Below, one piece after another: positions 18,343 to 27,653 of a stretch of DNA of 34,817 nucleotides. Made by a program: the position numbers and the translations under genes. Source of the stretch: Promethearchaeota archaeon (lineage in GTDB: Archaea; Asgardarchaeota; Lokiarchaeia; Sigyniarchaeales; SOKP01); contig JBHLNF010000023.1 in NCBI GenBank assembly GCA_048937405.1, positions 1 through 34,817 on the forward strand, in the 5' to 3' direction. How positions within the stretch are numbered: position 1 is the stretch's first letter; each line of letters begins with the position of its first letter. Under the pieces are notes generated by a model, which saw only the letters and a program-made list of their open reading frames with translations, was not told the DNA's origin and ran no database searches.

Positions 18343-18537
18343 TTTGAAAAAATCTTCTAATTTCTATAAAAATTTTATTTAATAGCTAAAGTTATTAATT
18401 ATAATTTATCTGTTTTACGAATAGTACATCATTGTATCCATTTTAATTTTTCGAACTATAAATTAAAATTGAAAATTAATAATATGGAGAATTTACTATT
18501 TTGAGGGGTATCTATAAAGATTTTACCTACATTGGAG

Positions 18538-19380
18538 TCACAATAAGATATTTAGTATCATTTGAGCCCCTCCCGCTTTATCTAAGTATTCAGCATGAGA
18601 ATTAACCTCAATGTATTCCTCTTTATATTCATTAAAATTCATTTTTAAATATTTCTGAACATGTAACGCATCAAATGTATAAAGAGGGTAAACTGAAGTC
18701 GGATGAGCTCCAAAAGGTATCTTTACAACTGCAGTTGTTGTTTGCATAGGTAATTGTGCCTTACCTGGCAAATATCTTATATCTTCAGTTTCTACTAATT
18801 TTTCACAAGTAATTATTGTATTTTTTGCTGTTTTAGCCATATCCGCATCCATCCAAACCGCTCCAGCAATATTACAATTTCCAAATTCATCTGCATATGG
18901 CACGTGGATAATTGCAACATCTAAATCTATCTTGGGCACAGCCATAATTTGTGTTCCAGAACCGAGAGGATCTTCAATTTGTTTAATATCATCTCTTACA
19001 TTAGACATATCAGTTCCGATAATACCTTTTAAAGGCATGAAGGGTACTTTTAAATAAGATGCCCTTAACCCTAAAGCAATAGTTGCTTCACTTTCTTCAG
19101 ATACTTTGATTAATCCTGCTTCTACTGATTTTCGGTAATGTGGAGCCATCCCAAACATCTCCATTCCAACAAAACAACTTCTTACTTCTGCAGCACAATT
19201 TCCAGCTATAAGCATATCTATTTCAATTCCGCCCACAAATGTACATAATCTCAAATTTTTCTTTTCCTGTCTTATTATCTCTCTACAAGCACTAATTGGT
19301 TTTCTCCAAAAAGAAAGACCTCCAAATCCTACAAGATCTCCATCACTGATATAAGTCGAAATAACTTCGTCTATAGACAT
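18538..19380 (-). CDS. CoA-transferase family I alpha subunit (GctA-like); true start may be ATT at 19398
   Basis: ISDGDLVGFGG, EIIRQ, DMLIAG, GLRASYLKVPFMP, GTDM, DVAIIHV..AD..GN and PFGAHPT motifs. Confidence 0.9.
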   Translation of the reverse strand: MSIDEVISTYISDGDLVGFGGLSFWRKPISACREIIRQEKKNLRLCTFVGGIEIDMLIAGNCAAEVRSCFVGMEMFGMAPHYRKSVEAGLIKVSEESEATIALGLRASYLKVPFMPLKGIIGTDMSNVRDDIKQIEDPLGSGTQIMAVPKIDLDVAIIHVPYADEFGNCNIAGAVWMDADMAKTAKNTIITCEKLVETEDIRYLPGKAQLPMQTTTAVVKIPFGAHPTSVYPLYTFDALHVQKYLKMNFNEYKEEYIEVNSHAEYLDKAGGAQMILNILL

Positions 19381-19494
19381 TAACTTACTTGTTCTAATCT
19401 AAAATCCCCTCGTAAAATCACATCTATCTCGCATTAAAAACTAATTAAATAATAGAGTATTTCAAAATATAATAAATTATTAGATTGAAAAACA

Positions 19495-20037
19495 ATGAGT
19501 AACAATAGAAAAAGATTAAAACAAGGGCTAGTTCAAGTATATTTTGGAAGAGGAAAGGGTAAGACCACTGCAGCAATAGGTCAAGGTGTCCGTGCTACTG
19601 GACATGGATTTAGAGTATATATGATTCAATTTATGAAGGGTAGTTATAAATATGGTGAAATTGAAGCTATTAATAATATACCCAACTTTGAACTAAAGCA
19701 ATTTGGTAACCCTGAGCTTATAGCAGAACCAGGAGAGTTTGACTTGGAAGAGGGTCAGAAAGCACTAGAATATGCTAAAAAAATTATTACTAGTGATGAA
19801 TATGATATAGTAATTCTTGATGAAGTTGGAGTAGCAATATCTATGAACGTTATCTCTGTTGATCCTGTATTGGAACTTATAAAAATAAAACCAGAAAAAG
19901 TGGAACTAATTTTAACAGGGGGACCAAATATGCATCCTAAAATAAAAGAAGTAGCAGATTTGGTAACTGAAATGAGAATGATAAAACATTATTATTCTTC
20001 TCAAGGAATAACAGCTAGATATGGGATAGAATATTAG
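19495..20037 (+). CDS. cobO: Cob(I)alamin/cobinamide adenosyltransferase (CobA/BtuR/CobO type)
   Basis: YFGRGKGKTTAAIG, IQFMKG, YDIVILDE, ELILTG, ADLVTEM..KH and ARYGIEY motifs. Confidence 0.93.
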   Translation: MSNNRKRLKQGLVQVYFGRGKGKTTAAIGQGVRATGHGFRVYMIQFMKGSYKYGEIEAINNIPNFELKQFGNPELIAEPGEFDLEEGQKALEYAKKIITSDEYDIVILDEVGVAISMNVISVDPVLELIKIKPEKVELILTGGPNMHPKIKEVADLVTEMRMIKHYYSSQGITARYGIEY

Positions 20038-20210
20038 AGTAAGACAATAAATAAAAAATGCCAATTCTTAATTTTTCAAAGATGCAATTTTCTAGTGAGT
20101 AATTACTTTCTTCAATTAATTTTGAAAATAATAAGAAATATAATTTGTAGAAAATTCAAGATTTTAGAATTATAAAATAATAAGAAATAAAATAATAAAA
20201 TGATGATAAT

Positions 20211-21470
20211 ATGGGAAAATTAGCAAGAAAAGTAGCTATGGTTGGAGCAGGAATGAGTAAATTTGGTGCACATTTTCCTCATAAAAGAAATCCAGATTTA
20301 TGGGTAGATGCATGGTTAGATGCTAGTAGTAGGGTTGATAATGGTATTGAACCTAAAGATATTGATGCTTGCTATGTCGGTAATTTTAATTCAGAATTAT
20401 TTAATCATCAAGGACATCTCGGACCACAGATAGCAGACTTAGTTGGATTAACCCCAAAACCTGCCAGCCGATTTGAAGGTGCGTGTGCCAGTAGTGGAAT
20501 TGCACTTCGTCAAGCAATTCTATCAATTGCCTCAGGAGTCCATGATGTTATTGCAGTAGCGGGAGTTGAATGCATGACAGAACAACCAACAGTAAATGTA
20601 ACTGATGTGTTAGCAACAGCATCAGATAGTTTATTTGAATATCCTGCAGGAGCAACATTTCCAGGATTGTATGCGACATTGGCATCAGCACATTTCCATA
20701 AATATGGAACAACAGTAGAAGACTTAATGAGAGTTGGAATAAAAAACCATGAAAATGGGGCGGAAAATCCATATGCACAAATGCAAAGTACTATTACTGA
20801 TTTGATGAAAAGTAAAATAGCAAAAATTGAAAAGTCAGGGGGAAAAGTTCCAGATTGGAAGGATGAGTTTGATTATCTTAAAAGTAGTTCAAATCCAATG
20901 ATTGCTTATCCTTTAAGGTTATTCGATTGTAGTTTAATTACTGATGGTGCGGCATGTGTCTTCTTAGCAGCTGAAGATATGGTAAAAAACTTTACTGATA
21001 CGCCAATTTGGATTACCGGCACAGGTCAGGGCAGTGCAGCATTATCCTTACATGATAGGAATGATTTAACTAGTTTTATTGCTACAAAAGAAGCAGCTCG
21101 ACAAGCTTATGAAATGTCAGGATTGAAACCTAAAGATATTCAGGTAGCTGAGGTGCATGATTGTTTTACTATCGCTGAAATTGTGGCATTAGAAGATTTA
21201 GGATTTTATGAAAAGGGGAAAGCTGTTGAAGCTATAAAGAATGGAGAAACTAAGCGAGATGGTTTATTGCCTATAAATACTAGTGGAGGATTGAAGAGTA
21301 AGGGTCATCCTGTAGGTGCTACTGGTGCAGCATTTTGTGTAGAAGTATTCAAACAAATGAGAGGTATAGCTGAGAAGAATAGACAAGTAAAATTTGATGT
21401 AGAACGAATGATGACTCATAATTTAGGTGGATCAGGAGCTACATGTGTAGTAACAATTTTTGAAAAATAG
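20211..21470 (+). CDS. Thiolase (acetyl-CoA acetyltransferase, archaeal/SCP2-like type)
   Basis: EGACASS (catalytic Cys), DCSLITDGAA, EVHDCF, NTSGGLKSKGHPVGATG and HNLGG motifs. Confidence 0.93.
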   Translation: MGKLARKVAMVGAGMSKFGAHFPHKRNPDLWVDAWLDASSRVDNGIEPKDIDACYVGNFNSELFNHQGHLGPQIADLVGLTPKPASRFEGACASSGIALRQAILSIASGVHDVIAVAGVECMTEQPTVNVTDVLATASDSLFEYPAGATFPGLYATLASAHFHKYGTTVEDLMRVGIKNHENGAENPYAQMQSTITDLMKSKIAKIEKSGGKVPDWKDEFDYLKSSSNPMIAYPLRLFDCSLITDGAACVFLAAEDMVKNFTDTPIWITGTGQGSAALSLHDRNDLTSFIATKEAARQAYEMSGLKPKDIQVAEVHDCFTIAEIVALEDLGFYEKGKAVEAIKNGETKRDGLLPINTSGGLKSKGHPVGATGAAFCVEVFKQMRGIAEKNRQVKFDVERMMTHNLGGSGATCVVTIFEK

Positions 21471-21482
21471 AGGTGGAAAAAA

Positions 21483-21905
21483 ATGGTTGATAGTGAGAGA
21501 GATTTTACAATAAAAAGTTATATAGATTACTTAACTGAAAAGAAATTAATGGGATCAAAATGTAAAGAATGTGGAGAAATTTATGTTCCTGTAAGAAAAT
21601 TGTGTAATAAATGTAATAAAGCAAACATGGAATGGACGGAAATGTCAGGAAATGGAGAAATTGCCGCTTTTACAAGTATTACAGTAGGAACTCCATTTTT
21701 TGTGGAAAAAGGGTATAATAGAAATAAACCTTATTGCTTTTCAGTAATAAAACTAGATGAAGGTCCGATGGTAAGTGGACAATTAATTAAAGTAAATGAA
21801 AGTAAACCAGAAACAATTAATATTGGAATGCCTGTTAAAGCTACGTTTATTGAAACAGATATTAAGGGTGAAACAAGGGTAGATTTAGGATTTGAACCTA
21901 GATAG
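21483..21905 (+). CDS. DUF35 / Zn-ribbon OB-fold protein, thiolase partner
   Basis: CKECG..CNKC Zn ribbon and PY..VIKLDEGP; follows the thiolase with a GAGGTG SD. Confidence 0.9.
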   Translation: MVDSERDFTIKSYIDYLTEKKLMGSKCKECGEIYVPVRKLCNKCNKANMEWTEMSGNGEIAAFTSITVGTPFFVEKGYNRNKPYCFSVIKLDEGPMVSGQLIKVNESKPETINIGMPVKATFIETDIKGETRVDLGFEPR

Positions 21906-21910
21906 CCTTC

Positions 21911-21932
21911 TATTTTTTATTTTTTTTATTTT
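21911..21932 (+). terminator. U-rich archaeal terminator after the thiolase-DUF35 operon
   Basis: TATTTTTTATTTTTTTTATTTT immediately after the stop codon. Confidence 0.5.
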
Positions 21933-21985
21933 AAAAGATGATAGAAGCATGTTCACGTTAATTATTTAATATAAGGTGATTTTGG

Positions 21986-23143
21986 ATAAAAAAATTATAC
22001 CAAATCTTAATCCCAATCGTAATTTCATCAATAATTATTTTTTCAATCATCATTTTTAATATTCCCTCAAACAATTTAAATATCCAAAATTATGAAGAAA
22101 ATTTACAATTTAATGATGATAATGCTTATTCTTATGTTCAGGATCAGCTAGATATCGGTTTTCGAATACCAGGGACACAGGAACGAGCTGATTGTGCTAA
22201 TTATTTCATATCTAAATTTCAAGAAATTAGTAATAATTTTGTATATAGTATTCATAACTTTACAACACATTCAATTAATTGTCAAAATATTCTTTTTAAG
22301 TTAAATGAAGATAAACAGAATATTGTTATTTTAGGAACACATTATGATTCTCGTGCAAAAGCAACTAAAGATCCAGATTTGATAAATAGGGAGAGTCCCA
22401 TTGTTGGTGCTAACGACGGAGCAAGTGGTAGTGCTGTTCTCATAGAACTTGCTAAAGTTTTGTACAATCAAAGAGATAATTTATCATGTCAGATATGGTT
22501 TTTATTTTTTGATGCTGAAGATCAAGGAAGAGATAATGATTATGGAATTGATGGTTGGAATTGGTGTGAAGGTTCTGAGGAATTTGTTTCCAATATCGAT
22601 GATTTCTATGATTCAACAACAGAAAGTTTTGATTGTATGATATTGTTAGATATGGTTGGTGGAGAAAATTTGCGATTTATTAATGAACAATACTCTACTT
22701 CTTCACTGTTGAATGAATTATTTGCAGTAGGAAGACAACTTGGTTATACAAATCAATTTCCATCGAATCCCGAAGCCGTTTCTATAATTGATGACCATAA
22801 ACCATTTTCAGATATTGGTATTTCTTCTGCAGATTTGATAATTAATTTTTGGGATAATTCTGGATGGCCCTATCATCATACTACTCAAGATGATATCATT
22901 CATATCTCAAATTCCAGTCTTGATGTTACTGGTAAAACTTTAGAGCAATTTATCTATAATAATTATATTAATGATTCAGAAAACTCATATCAGGGAAATT
23001 TTCCATGGACGAAGGATAAAAATATATTATCTATGGATATATTGATAACAATTATCATAATTATCATTTTTGCATGCGTAATTATCGAATTATTTATTAT
23101 TACGAAAAATGAGACAGAGAAAAGTATAGAACCTAAAAAATAA
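21986..23143 (+). CDS. M28-family peptidase / glutaminyl cyclase-like protein with an N-terminal signal or anchor and a C-terminal TM, about 385 aa
   Basis: The frame is open from 21980, far upstream of the track's 22379 start. It encodes a hydrophobic N-terminus, GFRIPGT and LGTHYDSR, then GANDGASG, FFDAED, LLDMVG, DDH and YHHT. Confidence 0.85.
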   Translation: MKKLYQILIPIVISSIIIFSIIIFNIPSNNLNIQNYEENLQFNDDNAYSYVQDQLDIGFRIPGTQERADCANYFISKFQEISNNFVYSIHNFTTHSINCQNILFKLNEDKQNIVILGTHYDSRAKATKDPDLINRESPIVGANDGASGSAVLIELAKVLYNQRDNLSCQIWFLFFDAEDQGRDNDYGIDGWNWCEGSEEFVSNIDDFYDSTTESFDCMILLDMVGGENLRFINEQYSTSSLLNELFAVGRQLGYTNQFPSNPEAVSIIDDHKPFSDIGISSADLIINFWDNSGWPYHHTTQDDIIHISNSSLDVTGKTLEQFIYNNYINDSENSYQGNFPWTKDKNILSMDILITIIIIIIFACVIIELFIITKNETEKSIEPKK

Positions 23144-23271
23144 AAGCAATATATCTATTTTTATTTGTTTTTCAATCCCACAGATTGCTCAATGAATTTT
23201 TTCACATTTAAAAATTATTTAAAGAATTCTTTTCAATCAGGGATAATAACTATCAAATTCTAATTATAATT

Positions 23272-24237
23272 TCACTCATAATTACAATCCCAAAAGTATC
23301 TTCCATGTTCTTTCTTAAAAGCTTCCGCTACTTCATTTACTTCTGGTTTAATAAATTCACATCCATCTTTTATGCATTCATAATTTACAGGTATTTTATC
23401 TAAGATTTCCCCATCTACTTGACAAATATACGGTTTGGATTCTTTAGTATCCAACATTTCAACTCTTAATTTTTTGCTGGTATACTCGTAGATATTCGGA
23501 TGTGGTAAAAGGGTTGCCTTATACATTCGATTAAAATGTTTGAGCAATTTAAATTTCCCAATGTTCACTATATTTATATGAAAAAGCCCATCATTTATTT
23601 GAGCTCTTTGACAGATATACATAAATCCACCATAACTAGGTCCATTTGCACAAGCTAAACAATTGGCATATCCTTCATAAATTTCGTTATCCATTATTGC
23701 TTTAATCTGTTTATTTTTCCAAGGTAATAGTGCTAAGAGTGTCTGAGTGACATAACTTTTTCCTCTCTTTGCTTCATTGAATCTTCGTGTTACTTCACTA
23801 TCAAACCCCTGACTTCCAATCCCTAAGAAATAGCGTTCTACTCCTGTATCTGTTTTTGCAAAACCAATATCAGATTTACCTATATTATTTTCTGCTATTA
23901 TTTCACAAGCTCTTTTAATATCTGGTTGGATTCCAATAACGGCAGGTATATCATTTCCAGATCCCATAGGGATAAATCCACATAAAGTATTGGAATTAGA
24001 AGTTATTACTCCATTCATAACCTCATTGCACGTGCCATCTCCTCCAGCTCCGATTACTATATATCCATCTTTTGCTAATTGTTGTCCTAATTCTATAGCA
24101 TGTCCTATATATTCCGTTTTATATAATTTATATGAAATATTTAACTCTGTGAGACATTTTTCCATGAAATTGATGTCTTTAGCCGCATATTTCCCTTTAC
24201 CTGCTTCGGGATTATAAATAATCGCATAATCTTCCAT
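23272..24237 (-). CDS. Diacylglycerol-kinase-family lipid kinase (YegS/DgkB-like)
   Basis: NPEAG, GAGGDGTCNEV, IPMGSGND, GFDSEV, NGPSYGG and QVDGE motifs. Confidence 0.92.
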   Translation of the reverse strand: MEDYAIIYNPEAGKGKYAAKDINFMEKCLTELNISYKLYKTEYIGHAIELGQQLAKDGYIVIGAGGDGTCNEVMNGVITSNSNTLCGFIPMGSGNDIPAVIGIQPDIKRACEIIAENNIGKSDIGFAKTDTGVERYFLGIGSQGFDSEVTRRFNEAKRGKSYVTQTLLALLPWKNKQIKAIMDNEIYEGYANCLACANGPSYGGFMYICQRAQINDGLFHINIVNIGKFKLLKHFNRMYKATLLPHPNIYEYTSKKLRVEMLDTKESKPYICQVDGEILDKIPVNYECIKDGCEFIKPEVNEVAEAFKKEHGRYFWDCNYE

Positions 24238-24425
24238 TTTTATCCAACCTAATTTTTTTGAATATTTTTTGTAAGTTCAAGATTCTTTAATCAATATTTT
24301 AAATTGCAAACAATTTAAAATTATATTTATATTTCAAGTTTTGTAAATTTAATTTAAACTTTTGAATATAATTCTCTTTTTAATTAAAAGTAATTTGATA
24401 TAGGAAAGAATTTCTAAAGAATATA

Positions 24426-25259
24426 TTAGCGTACCCTCCACTCGTGGCCGCACTCCGCACAACAGTTTTTTTTTCCATATATTTTGGGATAATCTAGAAT
24501 TATAACACTCTTATCAATCATTTCATGGATTAAACCATTATTTCCACAAATAGGACACGTTCTACGTTCAAATTTATCATGAATTACTAAAACATTATTG
24601 TTATTCGATGTTGATGAAAGATCTTTTTGAGTTGATTCTAAAGATTGATTAGAAATTTTCTTCTTCTTTTCTTTTGTTGGTAATTCTGCATCTAAATTTA
24701 GATTTAATTTTTGCTCATTTACCAGTATAATATAACCTTTAACAATGGAGTTTATTTCATCCTTCTTTGGAAATCGGTTATATTTTTCCGTAAAATTCTC
24801 AACAAATTCTTGAACATCTTCATTTTTAACTTCATATCCTCTTTCCTCAATCAGATTAATAATTACATTAACAATTTCAGCTTTTGAGGCTTTTGGCTTT
24901 TTATACTTCTCTATTTTAATCGTTTTATTCAGATTTTTCTCGAATTCTTCCCACAATTGACCAACTTGCGAATCTGTCAATTTTCCGTTTATTTGCACAT
25001 ATATTCTTTTTTCTTGTTCATGTAAAATTGTAATTCTATTATTTTTCTGGCTATCCATATCCTCATTATTATCAAAGTAATTAATTCTGAATAGTGATCT
25101 CCCCAATCTTTTTGATTTAGTTGAAAAAGATAGATGTTTTTCCAAAATATTTTCTAATATCCATTGAATCTCATCATTATTCTTATTTCTTATATTAAAC
25201 GAGTGGCTTCTTTCTTGCATTTTGATATTCTTAACCCTACTTAGAATATTACTATTCAT
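24426..25259 (-). CDS. Hypothetical protein with a C-terminal Zn ribbon
   Basis: 277-aa ORF ending in CPICGN..IHEMIDKS..YGKKNCCAECGHEWR. Confidence 0.75.
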   Translation of the reverse strand: MNSNILSRVKNIKMQERSHSFNIRNKNNDEIQWILENILEKHLSFSTKSKRLGRSLFRINYFDNNEDMDSQKNNRITILHEQEKRIYVQINGKLTDSQVGQLWEEFEKNLNKTIKIEKYKKPKASKAEIVNVIINLIEERGYEVKNEDVQEFVENFTEKYNRFPKKDEINSIVKGYIILVNEQKLNLNLDAELPTKEKKKKISNQSLESTQKDLSSTSNNNNVLVIHDKFERRTCPICGNNGLIHEMIDKSVIILDYPKIYGKKNCCAECGHEWRVR

Positions 25260-25437
25260 CTGATTGGGATAATTCTAATCTAGATATTTTAATTTATAAT
25301 GTTAATCTTTTATTTTAATTGATTTTTACTTTAAACAATTAAGAATTATTAATAATCTTAATTTATCTTATTATCCTAAGAAGATTTATATTGATAATCT
25401 TATTTATTTTGACCATAGAATAACTAGTTTTTTTAAT

Positions 25438-26157
25438 ATGGAAAAAGACAGTTTACGAAAGGCTTTTAACGATAGAATCTCGAAAAAGAAGGAAGTAGGG
25501 TCAAAAAAGAAAATAATTATTGCTGTAGTGTTAATAATTTTTGCGTTTTCGGGCTCATTTTTAATTTATTTTATAATGCAAATTGCTCTAAATACTAACA
25601 ATCCCATGGTTGTTGTAGTCTCGGGATCCATGGAACCAAATCTATTTAAGGGGGATTTATTGTTTTTAAAAGGAAAGGATCCTGCTACAATAAAGATTGG
25701 GACAATTGAAGGTAAGGAAGGTGATATAATTGTTTTTGATGCTCGAAATTTACCTGGTTGGATAAAACCCCCTAATGATCCTATTGTTCATCGAGTTATT
25801 GATAAATATAATGATAGTGGATTGTTTTTTCGAACTAAAGGAGATGCTAATCCATCTCCCGATCCAGGATGGGTTCCAGAGAGTCGAATTTTAGGAGTTG
25901 TGTGTGGAAGAATTCCTTATTTAGGATGGGTAAAGATTTTACTTACGGAAACTGGCTTATTAATTCCACTTTTAGTTATAGTATCTGTTTTACTAATAAT
26001 TAGTATTGTTTGGGATATTGTAAAAAAGGAAGATGAAGATGGTAAAGGTAGGTTTATAGAAGACAAAAGGCTAAGTTTTAATCCCAAATCCAAGAAAGAT
26101 GATTCAGTTAGGGAAATCGAAGTTGATTACACTAAATATGATGATTTGAATTCATAG
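25438..26157 (+). CDS. sec11: Signal peptidase I (archaeal/ER Sec11 type, S26B)
   Basis: TM followed by VVVSGSMEP, GDIIVF, PIVHRV, TKGDAN, IPYLGW and a second TM. Confidence 0.93.
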   Translation: MEKDSLRKAFNDRISKKKEVGSKKKIIIAVVLIIFAFSGSFLIYFIMQIALNTNNPMVVVVSGSMEPNLFKGDLLFLKGKDPATIKIGTIEGKEGDIIVFDARNLPGWIKPPNDPIVHRVIDKYNDSGLFFRTKGDANPSPDPGWVPESRILGVVCGRIPYLGWVKILLTETGLLIPLLVIVSVLLIISIVWDIVKKEDEDGKGRFIEDKRLSFNPKSKKDDSVREIEVDYTKYDDLNS

Positions 26158-26435
26158 CACCTAAAACTTGAAAAAGTTCATTTAAATAGGAGTATATCTT
26201 ATTGTATTATACTTAAAATTACATCAGCCTAGCATATAAAATTAAAAATCTATTAAGAAAAGTGGAGAAAAATAAATAGCCTGGACTCTCAACCCTAAAT
26301 AGAATTGAGATTTATTATTTTATCTCTTTTTTAATTATTATAGTTTATAATATTAAAAATTAAATATTACCAGGTTTAATATTTATAAATAAATAAATAA
26401 ATCAATAAATTAAAAAATTAAACTAGTGAATAAGA

Positions 26436-26666
26436 ATGGCGTGGACTCCACCAAGTAAATTAACGGTAGTTATAACTTTTCTATTAATGGCATTTGGAAT
26501 ATTTATATTACTTGACATGTCTGTTATATTTTGGAAAGATCTTATATTACCTACGATTCATATTTTTGACTTATCCAATTTCCAGTCATGGTTGCTAATC
26601 GCTATGATATTACTCTTTCTTGCTTGGTTTCTATTTTTCCTTGGTGTAAAATTGAAAGGTATTTGA
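26436..26666 (+). CDS. Small 2-TM membrane protein
   Basis: 76 aa with two hydrophobic helices, ATG start, upstream TATA-like sequence and a downstream T-tract. Confidence 0.7.
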   Translation: MAWTPPSKLTVVITFLLMAFGIFILLDMSVIFWKDLILPTIHIFDLSNFQSWLLIAMILLFLAWFLFFLGVKLKGI

Positions 26667-26950
26667 ATTTCTAATTCTAAATATTTTTTTTTAAAATTTT
26701 AATAGGAATTATCCCTTAGGTCCCAGTTTTTTAAAGAATATTTAGAATTCTTATTAATCTGATAATAAAATTTAAAATATTTCTAAAATTTCAAAAGAAT
26801 GTTATTGCCGTAATTTATTTATAAATTACGAGAAGACTACAATACGCAATACATAAACGCAATAAAACAAGAAAAGTAAATAATACAATAAAATATTATT
26901 AACAAATGAAGAAATTTATACAATAAGAAAAACTAAAGAGGAAAATAAAG

Positions 26951-27232
26951 ATGCCAAGCAAAGAGGAAAATGCCGTATTTGTTGGTCGAAGACCAACAAT
27001 GAACTACGTTATGGCTACTATGATGATTCTTAATAAAGGAGAAGAATGCACCGTTAAAGCCAGAGGTAGAGCGATTTCTCATGCTGTTGATGTTTGTGAG
27101 ATTTTAAGAAACAGATTCTTAAAAGGTACAGAATATAAAGACATCAAACTTAGCACTGAGCAATTAGAAGGAGAAAATGGACAAAACAACAATGTTTCTA
27201 GCATTGAAATTGTACTTGCTCCTCCAAAATAA
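26951..27232 (+). CDS. albA: DNA/RNA-binding protein Alba
   Basis: VFVGRRPTMNYV, VKARGRAISHAVDVCE and VSSIEIVL motifs. Confidence 0.95.
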   Translation: MPSKEENAVFVGRRPTMNYVMATMMILNKGEECTVKARGRAISHAVDVCEILRNRFLKGTEYKDIKLSTEQLEGENGQNNNVSSIEIVLAPPK

Positions 27233-27653
27233 ACAGTGAAATTATCAATTATTCGCTGAATCAAAATAACACAATATCTCTTTTTTTTATTATTTTACTT
27301 ATTATTATTTTTTAAGTTTATTTTCTAATTCTAAATCCATTTATTAAAAATCAATAATATTAATGAAATATCAATTTAGATTCGCTTAAAATGGAAGAGA
27401 TGAAGGTTACTTATTAATTGATTATTAATTTGAATGATATTCGCTCGTTAATAACTCACCTTATATATCATTTTCCATGATTCTATTCCATTTTTTCCCA
27501 ATACAAAATGGAAATAACATATTTAGGGCAAAATTCACAAACATTTAAAAAGACGGTTAGGAAATAAATACTTAACATAAAAATAATTTAGTTTAATTTT
27601 AAATCCGTTTTTATATAAAAACAACACAAATATTCAAAAAGAGGAAATTAAAA

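Noticed and set aside
20790-20890. Thiolase insert as a possible in-frame intron
   Set aside because: It reads as a plausible amphipathic protein segment, and I saw no BHB pairing at its borders.
26255-26376. Possible structured ncRNA downstream of the signal peptidase gene (TCTCAA/TTGAGA, CCTGG/CCAGG)
   Set aside because: The stems are short and AT-rich and could arise by chance, and there is no recognisable RNA family.
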